Shown piece after piece: positions 28,259 to 37,163 of a DNA stretch of 64,000 bases. Under the pieces are notes generated by a model. The model searched no databases. It had not been told where the DNA came from and saw only the letters and a list, made by a program, of their open reading frames with translations. The stretch comes from Candidatus Latescibacterota bacterium. GTDB taxonomy: Bacteria > Latescibacterota > UBA2968 > GCA-2709665. Position 1 is the stretch's first letter. Each line of letters starts with the position of its first letter. The stretch spans positions 2,816,001-2,880,000 of the forward strand of contig OZ242358.1 in NCBI GenBank assembly GCA_965208835.1, in the 5' to 3' direction. The position numbers were made by a program, and so were the translations under genes.

Positions 28259-29887
28259 TCAGAATCCAATCGCGTAGCCGTCCCGCCTGGGATCCGCACC
28301 TCCCATCAGGGCACCGCTTTCCCGGTCTACGGCAATCCCCTGCGCCCCGCCCGTTACGTGCGAGAATGCGTCGACAACATCAATCTGATGCCCGCGGCGA
28401 ATAAGGCCTGACCGGATCTCTTCCGGTACGCGGGACTCCATATAGACGCGTGTGCCGGCGTGTTGGAAGCGAAATCTCGGCGCCTCGATCGCCGCTTGAA
28501 TGTTCATCCCGTAATCCAGGAAATTGGTGGTAAACTGGGTTGTCGTCTGCTGGATTCCCCAGCTGCCCGGAGTACCGAGAGCCGCCAGGAGACGACCATC
28601 CTCGAATATCTGGCACGGTGAAAGACACATATCGATTTTCTTGTGCGGCTCAATGCAATTCGGGCTGCCCGGGACTGTATCGGCCCATTTGATGAAATTG
28701 TTCAGGAACATTCCGGTATTTCCGATAATCTCACCTGAACCGAACCCTGAGCCCAGACTCTGCGTAACCGCCACGGCGTTACCCTCCGCGTCCACCGCGT
28801 CGAAGTGCGTCGTGCATTCGTTCAGCCAGTCCCCCGGCTGTCCCGGAGCGATCTCGCCCGGCATTCCGGCCGGGGCATAATATTCCCCGCGATTCACCGC
28901 CGCCCGTTCCCCGACCAGTCTCCTGCGTTCGTTCGCATACGCTTTTGAAAGCAATCCACCCAGTGGCGCTTCGCGTGCCGCGGCGAATGCAACCCGATCT
29001 GCATTGCCCAGTTTCAATACCTCGATAAAAAGGTGGAGCGCCTCTTCCGAGAGGTGGCCCATGTCTTTGAGATCGTAGCTTTCGAGCATATTCAGGGCCT
29101 GCAGAATGTGAAAGCCGGCACTGGGCAACGGCGGACAGAATACCCGGAAACCGCGGTAAGACGTGGAAATGGCGTCCGACCACTCGACCTCGAAATCCGC
29201 AAGGTCTCTTTCGGAAAGGAGCCCACCTTCTGCCTGGATATACCCGGTAATATCCGATCCGAGATCTCCGCGATAGAAGACCTCGGCGCCCCCTTCCACG
29301 ACCCTGCGAAACGTCCGCGCGAGATCCCTCTGGATCAGGATGTCGCCAGCCAGGGGCGCCCGGCCGCGGCCCAGAATCACCCCGGCTCCCGTCGGCCGCA
29401 TTCGAGGCAGGGCATCTTGTATAAACCTGGAATTCTTCACCGTGGCGGCGAAACCGTTCTCCGCAAGTTCAATGGCGGGCGCGAACACGGTTGCACGGTC
29501 CATAGTACCGTATCGGTCAAGAAGCTCGAGCCACCCTCCGCAGGCGCCGGGAACCAGGCACGACATCACACCGCCGTCCTGATGGCGCGGCGACGGGAAA
29601 GCCTCTGAGGTGGCGGCGTGCGGGGTGCGGCCGCAGTAATCCAACACACGCACACGGTTTTCCGCAGCAGAATAAGTCAGCGCATATCCCACGCCGGCAA
29701 TGCCCGACATATATGGCTCGACGACATTCAGCGCCGCCGCGACAGCGACCGCCGCGTCGAACGCATTGCCCTGCTCGAGAAGAATGCGGACCCCGGCGAG
29801 GCTTGCCAGCGGATGTGCGCTGGCAACCATTCCCCGGGTGCCCGTCGCCGTGGAACGATGAACGGTTCCAACAGAAGAAAACGCCAT
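28259..29887 (-). CDS. ggt: Gamma-glutamyltransferase family (Ntn hydrolase)
   Basis: GNAFDAAVA, VVEPYMSGI, autoprocessing TTHF, GTPG, AIEAPRF, GGADPRRDG. Confidence 0.92.
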   Translation of the reverse strand: MAFSSVGTVHRSTATGTRGMVASAHPLASLAGVRILLEQGNAFDAAVAVAAALNVVEPYMSGIAGVGYALTYSAAENRVRVLDYCGRTPHAATSEAFPSPRHQDGGVMSCLVPGACGGWLELLDRYGTMDRATVFAPAIELAENGFAATVKNSRFIQDALPRMRPTGAGVILGRGRAPLAGDILIQRDLARTFRRVVEGGAEVFYRGDLGSDITGYIQAEGGLLSERDLADFEVEWSDAISTSYRGFRVFCPPLPSAGFHILQALNMLESYDLKDMGHLSEEALHLFIEVLKLGNADRVAFAAAREAPLGGLLSKAYANERRRLVGERAAVNRGEYYAPAGMPGEIAPGQPGDWLNECTTHFDAVDAEGNAVAVTQSLGSGFGSGEIIGNTGMFLNNFIKWADTVPGSPNCIEPHKKIDMCLSPCQIFEDGRLLAALGTPGSWGIQQTTTQFTTNFLDYGMNIQAAIEAPRFRFQHAGTRVYMESRVPEEIRSGLIRRGHQIDVVDAFSHVTGGAQGIAVDRESGALMGGADPRRDGYAIGF

Positions 29888-29954
29888 GGATTTGATTCCT
29901 TACCGACAGGTCTCCCCGGTTCAGTTCCTGCCAAGGGCCCCACACACCGTATCC

Positions 29955-29963
29955 ATTATATCA
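29955..29963 (-). promoter_or_regulatory. Extended -10 promoter element for ggt
   Basis: TGATATAAT (TGn-TATAAT) on the minus strand about 68 nt upstream of the start. Confidence 0.5.
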
Positions 29964-30236
29964 CAAAACGGAAATAATTCACGGCGGGCATTTCGGAAAA
30001 TAAGCGCGGCTGTCAATTCCCGATCGGGTCGTCGGAACCGGCACGGCGACAGCCGACGGGCAAGCGGAAGATAGTCCATGCGGGATTGCAAGTCAATGCC
30101 CGTTTCCCAAGCCCCTTGGGGTTCGTCCACCTCGTTTATGCTTGACAAATAAGGCTGGTCGTAGCTTCTTATACGGTTCCCGCATGACCATCCACAGCCT
30201 GTTTCCCACGCGATTCCGCCGATAGACAATCGCCCT

Positions 30237-31268
30237 ATGAATCAGGATTTGCCATTAATACCGACGAGTGTGATCGGAAGCTACGCGCTGCCGGGCTGGT
30301 TGTGGACGGCCGTGGAACAGATCGAAAAGGGCGAGTACGGACCCACTGACGTGCGCGAGACGTTCGATGACGCCGTGCATCTCGCCATGCTGGACCAGAC
30401 GCGAGCAGGGGTGGATCTCATCTCGGACGGTGAAATGCGGCGCTGGTATTTCGTTCAGAGTTTCTACCGCCGTTTCAAAGGGCTTGCGTCACGGCCGACA
30501 CTTCGGCGCACGGGCGTCTACGGCTACGACAGCGTCCCGCGCTGGTGGCCGGAGGAACGTATCCAGGTGCCCGACGGCCTCGGTATCGTCGAGGAGTTTC
30601 AATTCGCCCGATCCGTCACGGATCGCCCGTTGAAGGCCACCTGCCCCGGCCCTCTCACGCTTACGATACACATTCAACTGAAAGACGACCGCATCTACAA
30701 GGACCGGATCGAACTCGCGTACGAGTTCGCGGGAGTGGTTAACCGAGAACTCAAACGCCTGGTTGACGCGGGTGCGCAATTCATACAACTGGACGAACCT
30801 TCGTTTTCCATAGTACCCGGAGACGACCGGAGCTGGATCGACCTGTTCAATGAAACCGTACAGGGCGTTAACGCCAAAATCGGCCTTCATATCTGTTTTG
30901 GAAACCTGGGCAGCCGTCCGAGGGGAAAACGCCGGTACGACTGGATGCTGGACGACATCCTTCGTGCCGACGCCGAACAGATCTCCCTGGAGTTTGCGAA
31001 CCGTGAACTTGCGGAACTGGAACTCTGCGCGGAAATCGCAAAGGAGAAGGAGGTCGCCGCCGGCCTGGTCGACATCAAATCCTTTTACGTCGAAACTCCC
31101 GAGGATGTCGCTGAACGGGTGCGACTGACCCTTCAATACGTCCCGGCGGAGAAGCTTACGGTCACACCCGACTGCGGTTTCTTTCAGTTGCCCCGGTGGC
31201 TGGCCTTTCAGAAGCTCCGGAATATGGTCAAGGGCGTGGATATTGTCCGCAGGGAATTAGCAGGATAG
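30237..31268 (+). CDS. Short (single-barrel) cobalamin-independent methionine synthase-like protein
   Basis: SDGEMRR, PGPLT, IQLDEP; Zn ligands HICFGN, LEFAN, PDCG; 343 aa. Confidence 0.88.
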   Translation: MNQDLPLIPTSVIGSYALPGWLWTAVEQIEKGEYGPTDVRETFDDAVHLAMLDQTRAGVDLISDGEMRRWYFVQSFYRRFKGLASRPTLRRTGVYGYDSVPRWWPEERIQVPDGLGIVEEFQFARSVTDRPLKATCPGPLTLTIHIQLKDDRIYKDRIELAYEFAGVVNRELKRLVDAGAQFIQLDEPSFSIVPGDDRSWIDLFNETVQGVNAKIGLHICFGNLGSRPRGKRRYDWMLDDILRADAEQISLEFANRELAELELCAEIAKEKEVAAGLVDIKSFYVETPEDVAERVRLTLQYVPAEKLTVTPDCGFFQLPRWLAFQKLRNMVKGVDIVRRELAG

Positions 31269-31377
31269 GCATGACAACGCCCCACCACAGAATGAGTGGT
31301 TCGTACAGGAAACGAACTCACGGTTCGATTCTTCTGTCATCCGCATCGCCGGGCGGGGTCACGTAGAGGAGCGGAAC

Positions 31378-32502
31378 ATGGATGTTGTTGAAATCACGGC
31401 CGACCTGGTATCTTACAATTCAGCGTCTCAGTTCAGCAATACACCGGTATCCCGTGCCATTGCCAGGTGGCTTCGAGAGGCGGGCATGTCGGTGGAACTT
31501 CTCAATTACGTGGACCCGGCTGGCACGCAAAAGACAAATGTGATAGGAAAAAAGGGAGACGGTACCGGAGGCATTGCCCTGCTCGCCCATTCAGACGTGG
31601 TTCCGGCCGAGGGATGGGCTTCGGACCCATTCAAGCTCACAGCCAGGAAAGACCGGCTCTACGGACGAGGCAGTGCGGACATGAAAGGATCCGTGGCCTG
31701 TATGATCGCGGCCGCGAACGCCTTCTCCGTCAATGAACTCAAAACACCTGTCTACGTAATCGTCACCGCCGATGAGGAAACGGACTGCAGCGGCGCGAAG
31801 GCCGTCGCATCGAAGTCAAAGATCTTCAAGTCATCCGACATCAGGTATGGCATCGTCGGCGAACCCACGCTTCTCGACGTTGTATATGCGCACAAGGGCT
31901 CGCTCAAATTCGATGCGACCGCAAGTGGCAAAGCGGCGCACAGCAGCACCGGCAAAGGCGAGAATGCCAATCACAGACTCATTCCGTTCCTGAACGACGT
32001 CGTTAAACTGGACGGGAAATTACAAACCGATTCGCGATATCGGAATGAGGCGTTCGATCCGCCGCACGGAACCCTCAATATCGTATTTTCCGACGGCGAT
32101 ACCGCCGCAAATGTTACCGCGCCCGTCAGCCGTGCCACCATAAACTGTCGTCCTATGCCAGATCAGAACTGGAAGCCGATCATTAATCGCATGGTACGAC
32201 TGGCGGACAAACACGGTGTTCAGATTCAAGTGCCGAAAGTCCTCGATCCGCTGAGCACACGCACCGATTCGCCGATCGTCCGGGAAGCGCTTCGGATCGC
32301 CGAAAAGCGGAAACCCAGGACCGTCTCCTACGGAACAGATGGCATGGTGTTTGGAAAAACGATGGAACTGGTCGTCATGGGGCCCGGCAACATTCAGCAG
32401 GCGCACACCGTGGACGAATGGATCTCGCGGGACCAACTCCTCAAGGGTTCCGATGTCTTCACAAAAATGGTACATCGATTCTGCGTTGAGAATCCCGTCT
32501 GA
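31378..32502 (+). CDS. argE: M20 family metallohydrolase, acetylornithine deacetylase-like
   Basis: AHSDVVP, GRGSADMKG, DEET, GEPT, AAHSS, QAHTVDEW. Confidence 0.75.
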   Translation: MDVVEITADLVSYNSASQFSNTPVSRAIARWLREAGMSVELLNYVDPAGTQKTNVIGKKGDGTGGIALLAHSDVVPAEGWASDPFKLTARKDRLYGRGSADMKGSVACMIAAANAFSVNELKTPVYVIVTADEETDCSGAKAVASKSKIFKSSDIRYGIVGEPTLLDVVYAHKGSLKFDATASGKAAHSSTGKGENANHRLIPFLNDVVKLDGKLQTDSRYRNEAFDPPHGTLNIVFSDGDTAANVTAPVSRATINCRPMPDQNWKPIINRMVRLADKHGVQIQVPKVLDPLSTRTDSPIVREALRIAEKRKPRTVSYGTDGMVFGKTMELVVMGPGNIQQAHTVDEWISRDQLLKGSDVFTKMVHRFCVENPV

Positions 32503-32622
32503 CATACCTGACATTGGACGGTCGGCGGCCGGATGGGCTTTTTCAACGGGCTGTTAAGCCGCACGACGTTTTTTCGAAGGAACCTGGACAGATTCCCTCG
32601 ACCTGGCCGAGGAGGAAACCGG

Positions 32623-33183
32623 ATGTTAAAAACCCTGACCCGGGCGCTGCTCGTCGGATCGACCGTGGCAATGATCGCGAGTTGTGCGGACGAGAAGCAA
32701 TACCAGTTCGGTCTTCGAGGTAAGTGGCAGCTGGAGAGCCGACGACTGCCGGACGGAAACGTACTGGAGCCACCCGCCGTGGGCGGACACTACGAGTGGT
32801 ATCCTACGGGCAAGACATTAGCCCATGTCACTGTGTCCATTTCTCTCGGCCCGGACCAGATTCAGGTTTCCGGGTATACGTACAGCTTTCAATCCGAAGC
32901 AATCGAACCGCAAGCTTTCACCCGTCTGGAGTATCTTGGCGTTGGCGGCGGTTACGGCACATCGCGCCAGACGACGGATCAGTCGACTGACACGCCGGCA
33001 ACCGGTGAAATGGTCGTGAATGGCAACCGCGTTACCCTCGAATATGCCAACGGCACGGTTCAGGTTTACGAGGATGTCAGCGCCGCGGCGACCGAAAACG
33101 TCGTCTTTAACGTCAGCTTCGAAGACGGGACGACCGACACCTGGCGACGATTCGCGGATCAGCCTGGCGTATTGCCCAAATAA
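32623..33183 (+). CDS. Lipoprotein, lipocalin-like beta-barrel
   Basis: AGGAGG RBS; signal ending in lipobox IASC; GKWQL motif; beta-rich sequence. Confidence 0.6.
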   Translation: MLKTLTRALLVGSTVAMIASCADEKQYQFGLRGKWQLESRRLPDGNVLEPPAVGGHYEWYPTGKTLAHVTVSISLGPDQIQVSGYTYSFQSEAIEPQAFTRLEYLGVGGGYGTSRQTTDQSTDTPATGEMVVNGNRVTLEYANGTVQVYEDVSAAATENVVFNVSFEDGTTDTWRRFADQPGVLPK

Positions 33184-33216
33184 GCCGGCCGATCGGCCTG
33201 ACCGTTCGGAAACTTC

Positions 33217-33256
33217 AGGGGCGCGGCGAAGACCGCCGCGCCCCTTTGGCTTTTTT
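33217..33256 (+). terminator. Intrinsic terminator
   Basis: 12-bp stem AGGGGCGCGGCG-aagac-CGCCGCGCCCCT followed by TTGGCTTTTTT. Confidence 0.75.
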
Positions 33257-33270
33257 CGGATGAGGCCCGG

Positions 33271-34812
33271 ATGGACAGGATGTTATTGGGGAGTATTCTT
33301 CAACGAAACGCCCGGGACCCGGGTCTGAAGTGCAAAACGGCCCTCATTTTCGGCAACCGCTCGCTGACGTACGGAGAACTGAATGCGCAGAGCAATCGCA
33401 TTGCCAACGGCCTTATAAGCCTGGGGGTCCGCAAAGGGGACCGAATCGGCGTCTTGAGCCGGAATTCGGACGTCTACGTTGCCGTCTACTTCGCACTGGC
33501 CAAGGCGGGCGCCATCATGGTTCCCGTGAATTTCTGGTACCGCAGCAGGGAAATCCGCTACACGTTGCAACAGTCCGGCGCCCGCGGCCTGATCTACCAG
33601 AGCCGGTTCGGAGACGTAGTTGGCGGCATCGGAGTACTGACCGGACTCGAGTGGACGCTTACCATCGGCGACAATCGCGGCAATCGTTTGGAGGATCTGG
33701 CGGCAGGATCCTCATCAGACAATCCGGCGGTAGAGCTCGACGAGAACGACCCGCACATCATCCTGTACACGAGCGGCACGACCGGGTTTCCCAAAGGCGC
33801 TGTCTTCACGCACAAGAGCCACTATCTTCAAGCCCTCTCCCTGGCCCTGTCGACCAGAGGGCACAACGCCGACGTGGGCCTGGTCGTCTACCCCCTCTTC
33901 CATACCGGCGGGCCGGACTGTCTGGTGCTTCCTCACTTCCTGACCGGCGCCACGCTCGTCATACTGGACGGCGCGGACCCCGGTGACATCCTGTCGGCCG
34001 TTGCGCAGCACAGGGCAACCAACATTTTCTGCGTGCCGACCGTCTGGCGCTGGATTCTTGCGCGTCAGCGGCTGAGAAATCACGACGTCTCTTCGGTACA
34101 GCGCTGCCTGGGTTCGTCGGATACATTTCCCGCGGCCCTGCTCGAGGAAATCCTGGCGACGTTCAAGTCCGACGTCTATGTCACCTACGGGCTCACCGAG
34201 GCCGGCTGTATCCTGACCGTATGTCGTCTGGGGTCAGGCGACCTCGGTAAACTCGGCTCGGTGGGCCGGCCGATGGCCTCGGTTGAACTCGACGTTGTCA
34301 ATTCGTCCGGGAATCCGGTTGCACCGGGCGAGGTCGGCGAGGTTGTCGCGAAAACCGCGTCCGCGATGTACGAATACTGGAATATGCCCGAGAAGACCGG
34401 CGAGGCGCTGAAGAGAGGCTGGCTGCATACGGGGGACCTGGGCAGATTGGACGACGACGGCTATCTCTATCTGTCCGGCCGCGCAAAGGATGTGATTATC
34501 AGCGGCGGAGAAAACATCTATCCGCTGGAAATCGAACGTCTGTTGAAGGAGAATCCGAAGATACGCGATGCAGCCGTGGTGGGCATCCCGGACAGAGAAT
34601 GGGGTGAGTCCGTGCTGGCCGCGGTCGTGGCGAGTGACGGCGCAGACCTCACCCCCGGCGAAGTCTCCGATTACGTGCGCGCCCGTCTGGCGGGATTCAA
34701 AAGACCGAGATGGGTGGAAATTATCCCGGAACTCCCGGTAACCACCGCAACCGGAAAGGTGCGGAAGGCCGTGTTGAGAGAACGGTTCCGGGAGAAATAC
34801 GGCACGGCGTGA
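33271..34812 (+). CDS. Acyl-CoA synthetase (AMP-forming)
   Basis: YTSGTTGFPKG, PLFH, YGLTE, HTGDLG, SGGENIYP, GKV. Confidence 0.92.
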   Translation: MDRMLLGSILQRNARDPGLKCKTALIFGNRSLTYGELNAQSNRIANGLISLGVRKGDRIGVLSRNSDVYVAVYFALAKAGAIMVPVNFWYRSREIRYTLQQSGARGLIYQSRFGDVVGGIGVLTGLEWTLTIGDNRGNRLEDLAAGSSSDNPAVELDENDPHIILYTSGTTGFPKGAVFTHKSHYLQALSLALSTRGHNADVGLVVYPLFHTGGPDCLVLPHFLTGATLVILDGADPGDILSAVAQHRATNIFCVPTVWRWILARQRLRNHDVSSVQRCLGSSDTFPAALLEEILATFKSDVYVTYGLTEAGCILTVCRLGSGDLGKLGSVGRPMASVELDVVNSSGNPVAPGEVGEVVAKTASAMYEYWNMPEKTGEALKRGWLHTGDLGRLDDDGYLYLSGRAKDVIISGGENIYPLEIERLLKENPKIRDAAVVGIPDREWGESVLAAVVASDGADLTPGEVSDYVRARLAGFKRPRWVEIIPELPVTTATGKVRKAVLRERFREKYGTA

Positions 34813-34818
34813 CGGGGT

Positions 34819-35721
34819 TCAGGAGTCCTGCAAAATCTTCGTCCCGCTCAGATGTTCTGCCGCCTTGCATACCGCCGAAAAATCCATTTCACCAGCTCCC
34901 AGACCGCTCGCCGCCGAGTACATCTGGTATGTCGCCGCACCGATCGGCATCGGCACGTTCAATGCCTTACCCAGGTCCACGCCGATCGCAAGATCCTTCT
35001 TCATCAGATCCAGCATAAATCCGGGTGCAAAGGAGCCCGCCAGCAGGAAGTCCGATGCACGGATCTGAAACAACGTCGAATTGGCCGAACTCACACTGAT
35101 GACCTGGCGCATGACTTCGGGGTCGGCGCCTGCCCGGATACCCAGGATCAAGCCCTCCGCGATTGCGGCCATGTTGATGCCGCCGATCAGCTGGTTTACG
35201 ATTTTCACGGTCTGCCCCACGCCCACGGGCCCGACGTGGAAGATGTTTTCCTCGTTGCCCATCGCCCTAAACAACCCGTTGCACCGCTCGAAATCGTTCG
35301 CCTCTCCGCCGGCGATGATCGTCAACGTTCCGTTGATCGCCCCCGTATCGCCCCCGCTCACGGGCGCATCCATCACCGCCACGCCCTTCGCTTCAGCCTT
35401 CTCTGCGATCTCCTGGATTGTGAGTGGCGAGATCGTGCTCATATCCACGATCAGTTTTCCCTCGGACGCGCCCGACAGCACCCCGTTGTCGCCGAGGATC
35501 ACTTCCCTCACCTCCGGATCAGCCGTTACGATTGTTATGATGATATCGGTGTGCTCCGCGACCGCTGCGGCGGACGCGACCGCCCTGGCGCCCAGCCCCT
35601 CCATCTCCTCAACGACCTGAGGACGGCGCGCGTAGAACGTCAGATCGTACCCGGCCTTTACAAGATTGATCGCCATCGGTTTGCCCATGATTCCCAGACC
35701 GATAAACCCGACTCTTTCCAT
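34819..35721 (-). CDS. Beta-hydroxyacid dehydrogenase (GarR/GlxR/MmsB family)
   Basis: GFIGLGIMGKPMA.NL, DMSTISP, DAPVSGG, catalytic Lys in VKIVNQ, KDL. Confidence 0.9.
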   Translation of the reverse strand: MERVGFIGLGIMGKPMAINLVKAGYDLTFYARRPQVVEEMEGLGARAVASAAAVAEHTDIIITIVTADPEVREVILGDNGVLSGASEGKLIVDMSTISPLTIQEIAEKAEAKGVAVMDAPVSGGDTGAINGTLTIIAGGEANDFERCNGLFRAMGNEENIFHVGPVGVGQTVKIVNQLIGGINMAAIAEGLILGIRAGADPEVMRQVISVSSANSTLFQIRASDFLLAGSFAPGFMLDLMKKDLAIGVDLGKALNVPMPIGAATYQMYSAASGLGAGEMDFSAVCKAAEHLSGTKILQDS

Positions 35722-35827
35722 CTGAACCTCCTCTCGTCTGACGTGATCATCCCTCTCGGGATGGGGTGACTGCGTCCACCGAAAACCTCATGGGAAGGGT
35801 CCGGAAGGCGTCACCAGCGTCTTCCGT

Positions 35828-36907
35828 TTATCCACCGTCAGTGCGGCGGGTCTGCAGGACCATCAACTGACCCACAGGGTTTTCGACAGCTCCCAGCGGA
35901 CGCTGCTTCTCTTCCGACCAGATATCGTTTGCCGTAATGTAGAGATGCCCGTCCGCCACCTTGTTATAACACAACTGCGGGTATCGTGAACGAGGCACGT
36001 CGGGAATCAGCAGATCGAACGTATCACTCTCAGGGTGATAGGCGATAAAGCGGTCCATGAAGTGATAGGGCAATCCGTCCACCCCGATGTGCGGATCTTC
36101 TTTCTGCTGAATATAGTCGCCGGTCTTCTCGTCGTACCGGAATCCCGAATCGTACGTGCTCAGGTTGTTCAATTGCCATCCCCCGTAGAAGACACCGCCG
36201 CCGATGAAACCGAAGTCCTCCTTCCAACCCGGTACATCCCGTTCATACGTCTCACCCGTCCGACGGTCCAGCCGGCTGAGCCGACCGTCGCTGTAATTCA
36301 CGACAAACGGCTCAGCACGCGCTCCCGGTCGCGACGGCGGCGCGCGACGGGAATCTTCCGCCAGGAATCCACGGCTGTCGGGATCGTAGTACACGCGGCG
36401 CTGCACGCCGTCGTTTCGCGGAACCGCGAATGTCTCCAGCCGCTCGGGCCAATCTACCTCCCGTATGTCCGGCAGCACGCCAGGCGCCGGATACTCAAGG
36501 ACCTCCCCCTGTTCGGTCTCAACGTCCCAAACCACCAGACACGGCCTCGACCGCTCAGGCATATAGAGTACGTTTCGCGTCTTATCCGCGTGACCATACC
36601 ACAGATTCGCCTCCAAAAACGGCTTACCGATCTGGTAAACGCGTTCCGTCACCGTGTCGTAAACCGTCAACATGGGATTGGTCTGCGGCAGCACATAGAC
36701 CTTCCCGCCGGCGCAGAGACATTGGCTTCCACCGTGCTTGTCGGGGATTGAATACGTGTGGATTTGCCCTGACTCAGGTTTGTACCGGTGGAGTACAGAC
36801 AGACTGCCCGTAAACCACAGCGCGCCGCACTCGTCAACGTCCATTCCGTAGACGCGGGTATTCTTCGCATCCAACCAGACCGGATACATCCTTGGCAGCT
36901 CGGGCAT
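35828..36907 (-). CDS. Hypothetical protein, possible beta-propeller
   Basis: 359-aa ORF filling an intergenic gap; recurring blade-like segments (LWFTG, VYVLP, LYMP, LYIT). Confidence 0.6.
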   Translation of the reverse strand: MPELPRMYPVWLDAKNTRVYGMDVDECGALWFTGSLSVLHRYKPESGQIHTYSIPDKHGGSQCLCAGGKVYVLPQTNPMLTVYDTVTERVYQIGKPFLEANLWYGHADKTRNVLYMPERSRPCLVVWDVETEQGEVLEYPAPGVLPDIREVDWPERLETFAVPRNDGVQRRVYYDPDSRGFLAEDSRRAPPSRPGARAEPFVVNYSDGRLSRLDRRTGETYERDVPGWKEDFGFIGGGVFYGGWQLNNLSTYDSGFRYDEKTGDYIQQKEDPHIGVDGLPYHFMDRFIAYHPESDTFDLLIPDVPRSRYPQLCYNKVADGHLYITANDIWSEEKQRPLGAVENPVGQLMVLQTRRTDGG

Positions 36908-36917
36908 CTCTATTCCC

Positions 36918-36931
36918 TGTCAAGCTTGACA
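36918..36931. promoter_or_regulatory. Perfect 14-bp palindrome, candidate operator
   Basis: TGTCAAGCTTGACA in a divergent intergenic region. Confidence 0.4.
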
Positions 36932-37028
36932 CGAGTAAGGATTGTCCCTGGACTCGTGACGTTACAGCAGACCAGGGCAACGGAATTTTTCAGTTGGACT
37001 GCAGGCTTTATGATATTTCGGTTTCGAC

Positions 37029-37056
37029 TTGACTTTCGTCTATTAGTAGGTACCAT
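37029..37056 (+). promoter_or_regulatory. Possible sigma70 promoter for the FGGY kinase
   Basis: TTGACT-16 nt-TACCAT. Confidence 0.4.
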
Positions 37057-37163
37057 TGGGCCGCCTGTCAACGTGTTTTCCATGTCGCGAAGGTCGTTCG
37101 GCGGCGTCCCGATTGTCCGGGACCAGGCCGTCTGGCGCCACTCCAGTTGGGATATTGAGCACG

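Noticed and set aside
29960-30236. Possible SAM or cobalamin riboswitch upstream of the MetE-like gene
   Set aside because: No recognisable conserved core by eye; an Rfam/Infernal scan would be decisive
34852-35769. 305-aa plus-strand ORF
   Set aside because: Antisense shadow of the hydroxyacid dehydrogenase
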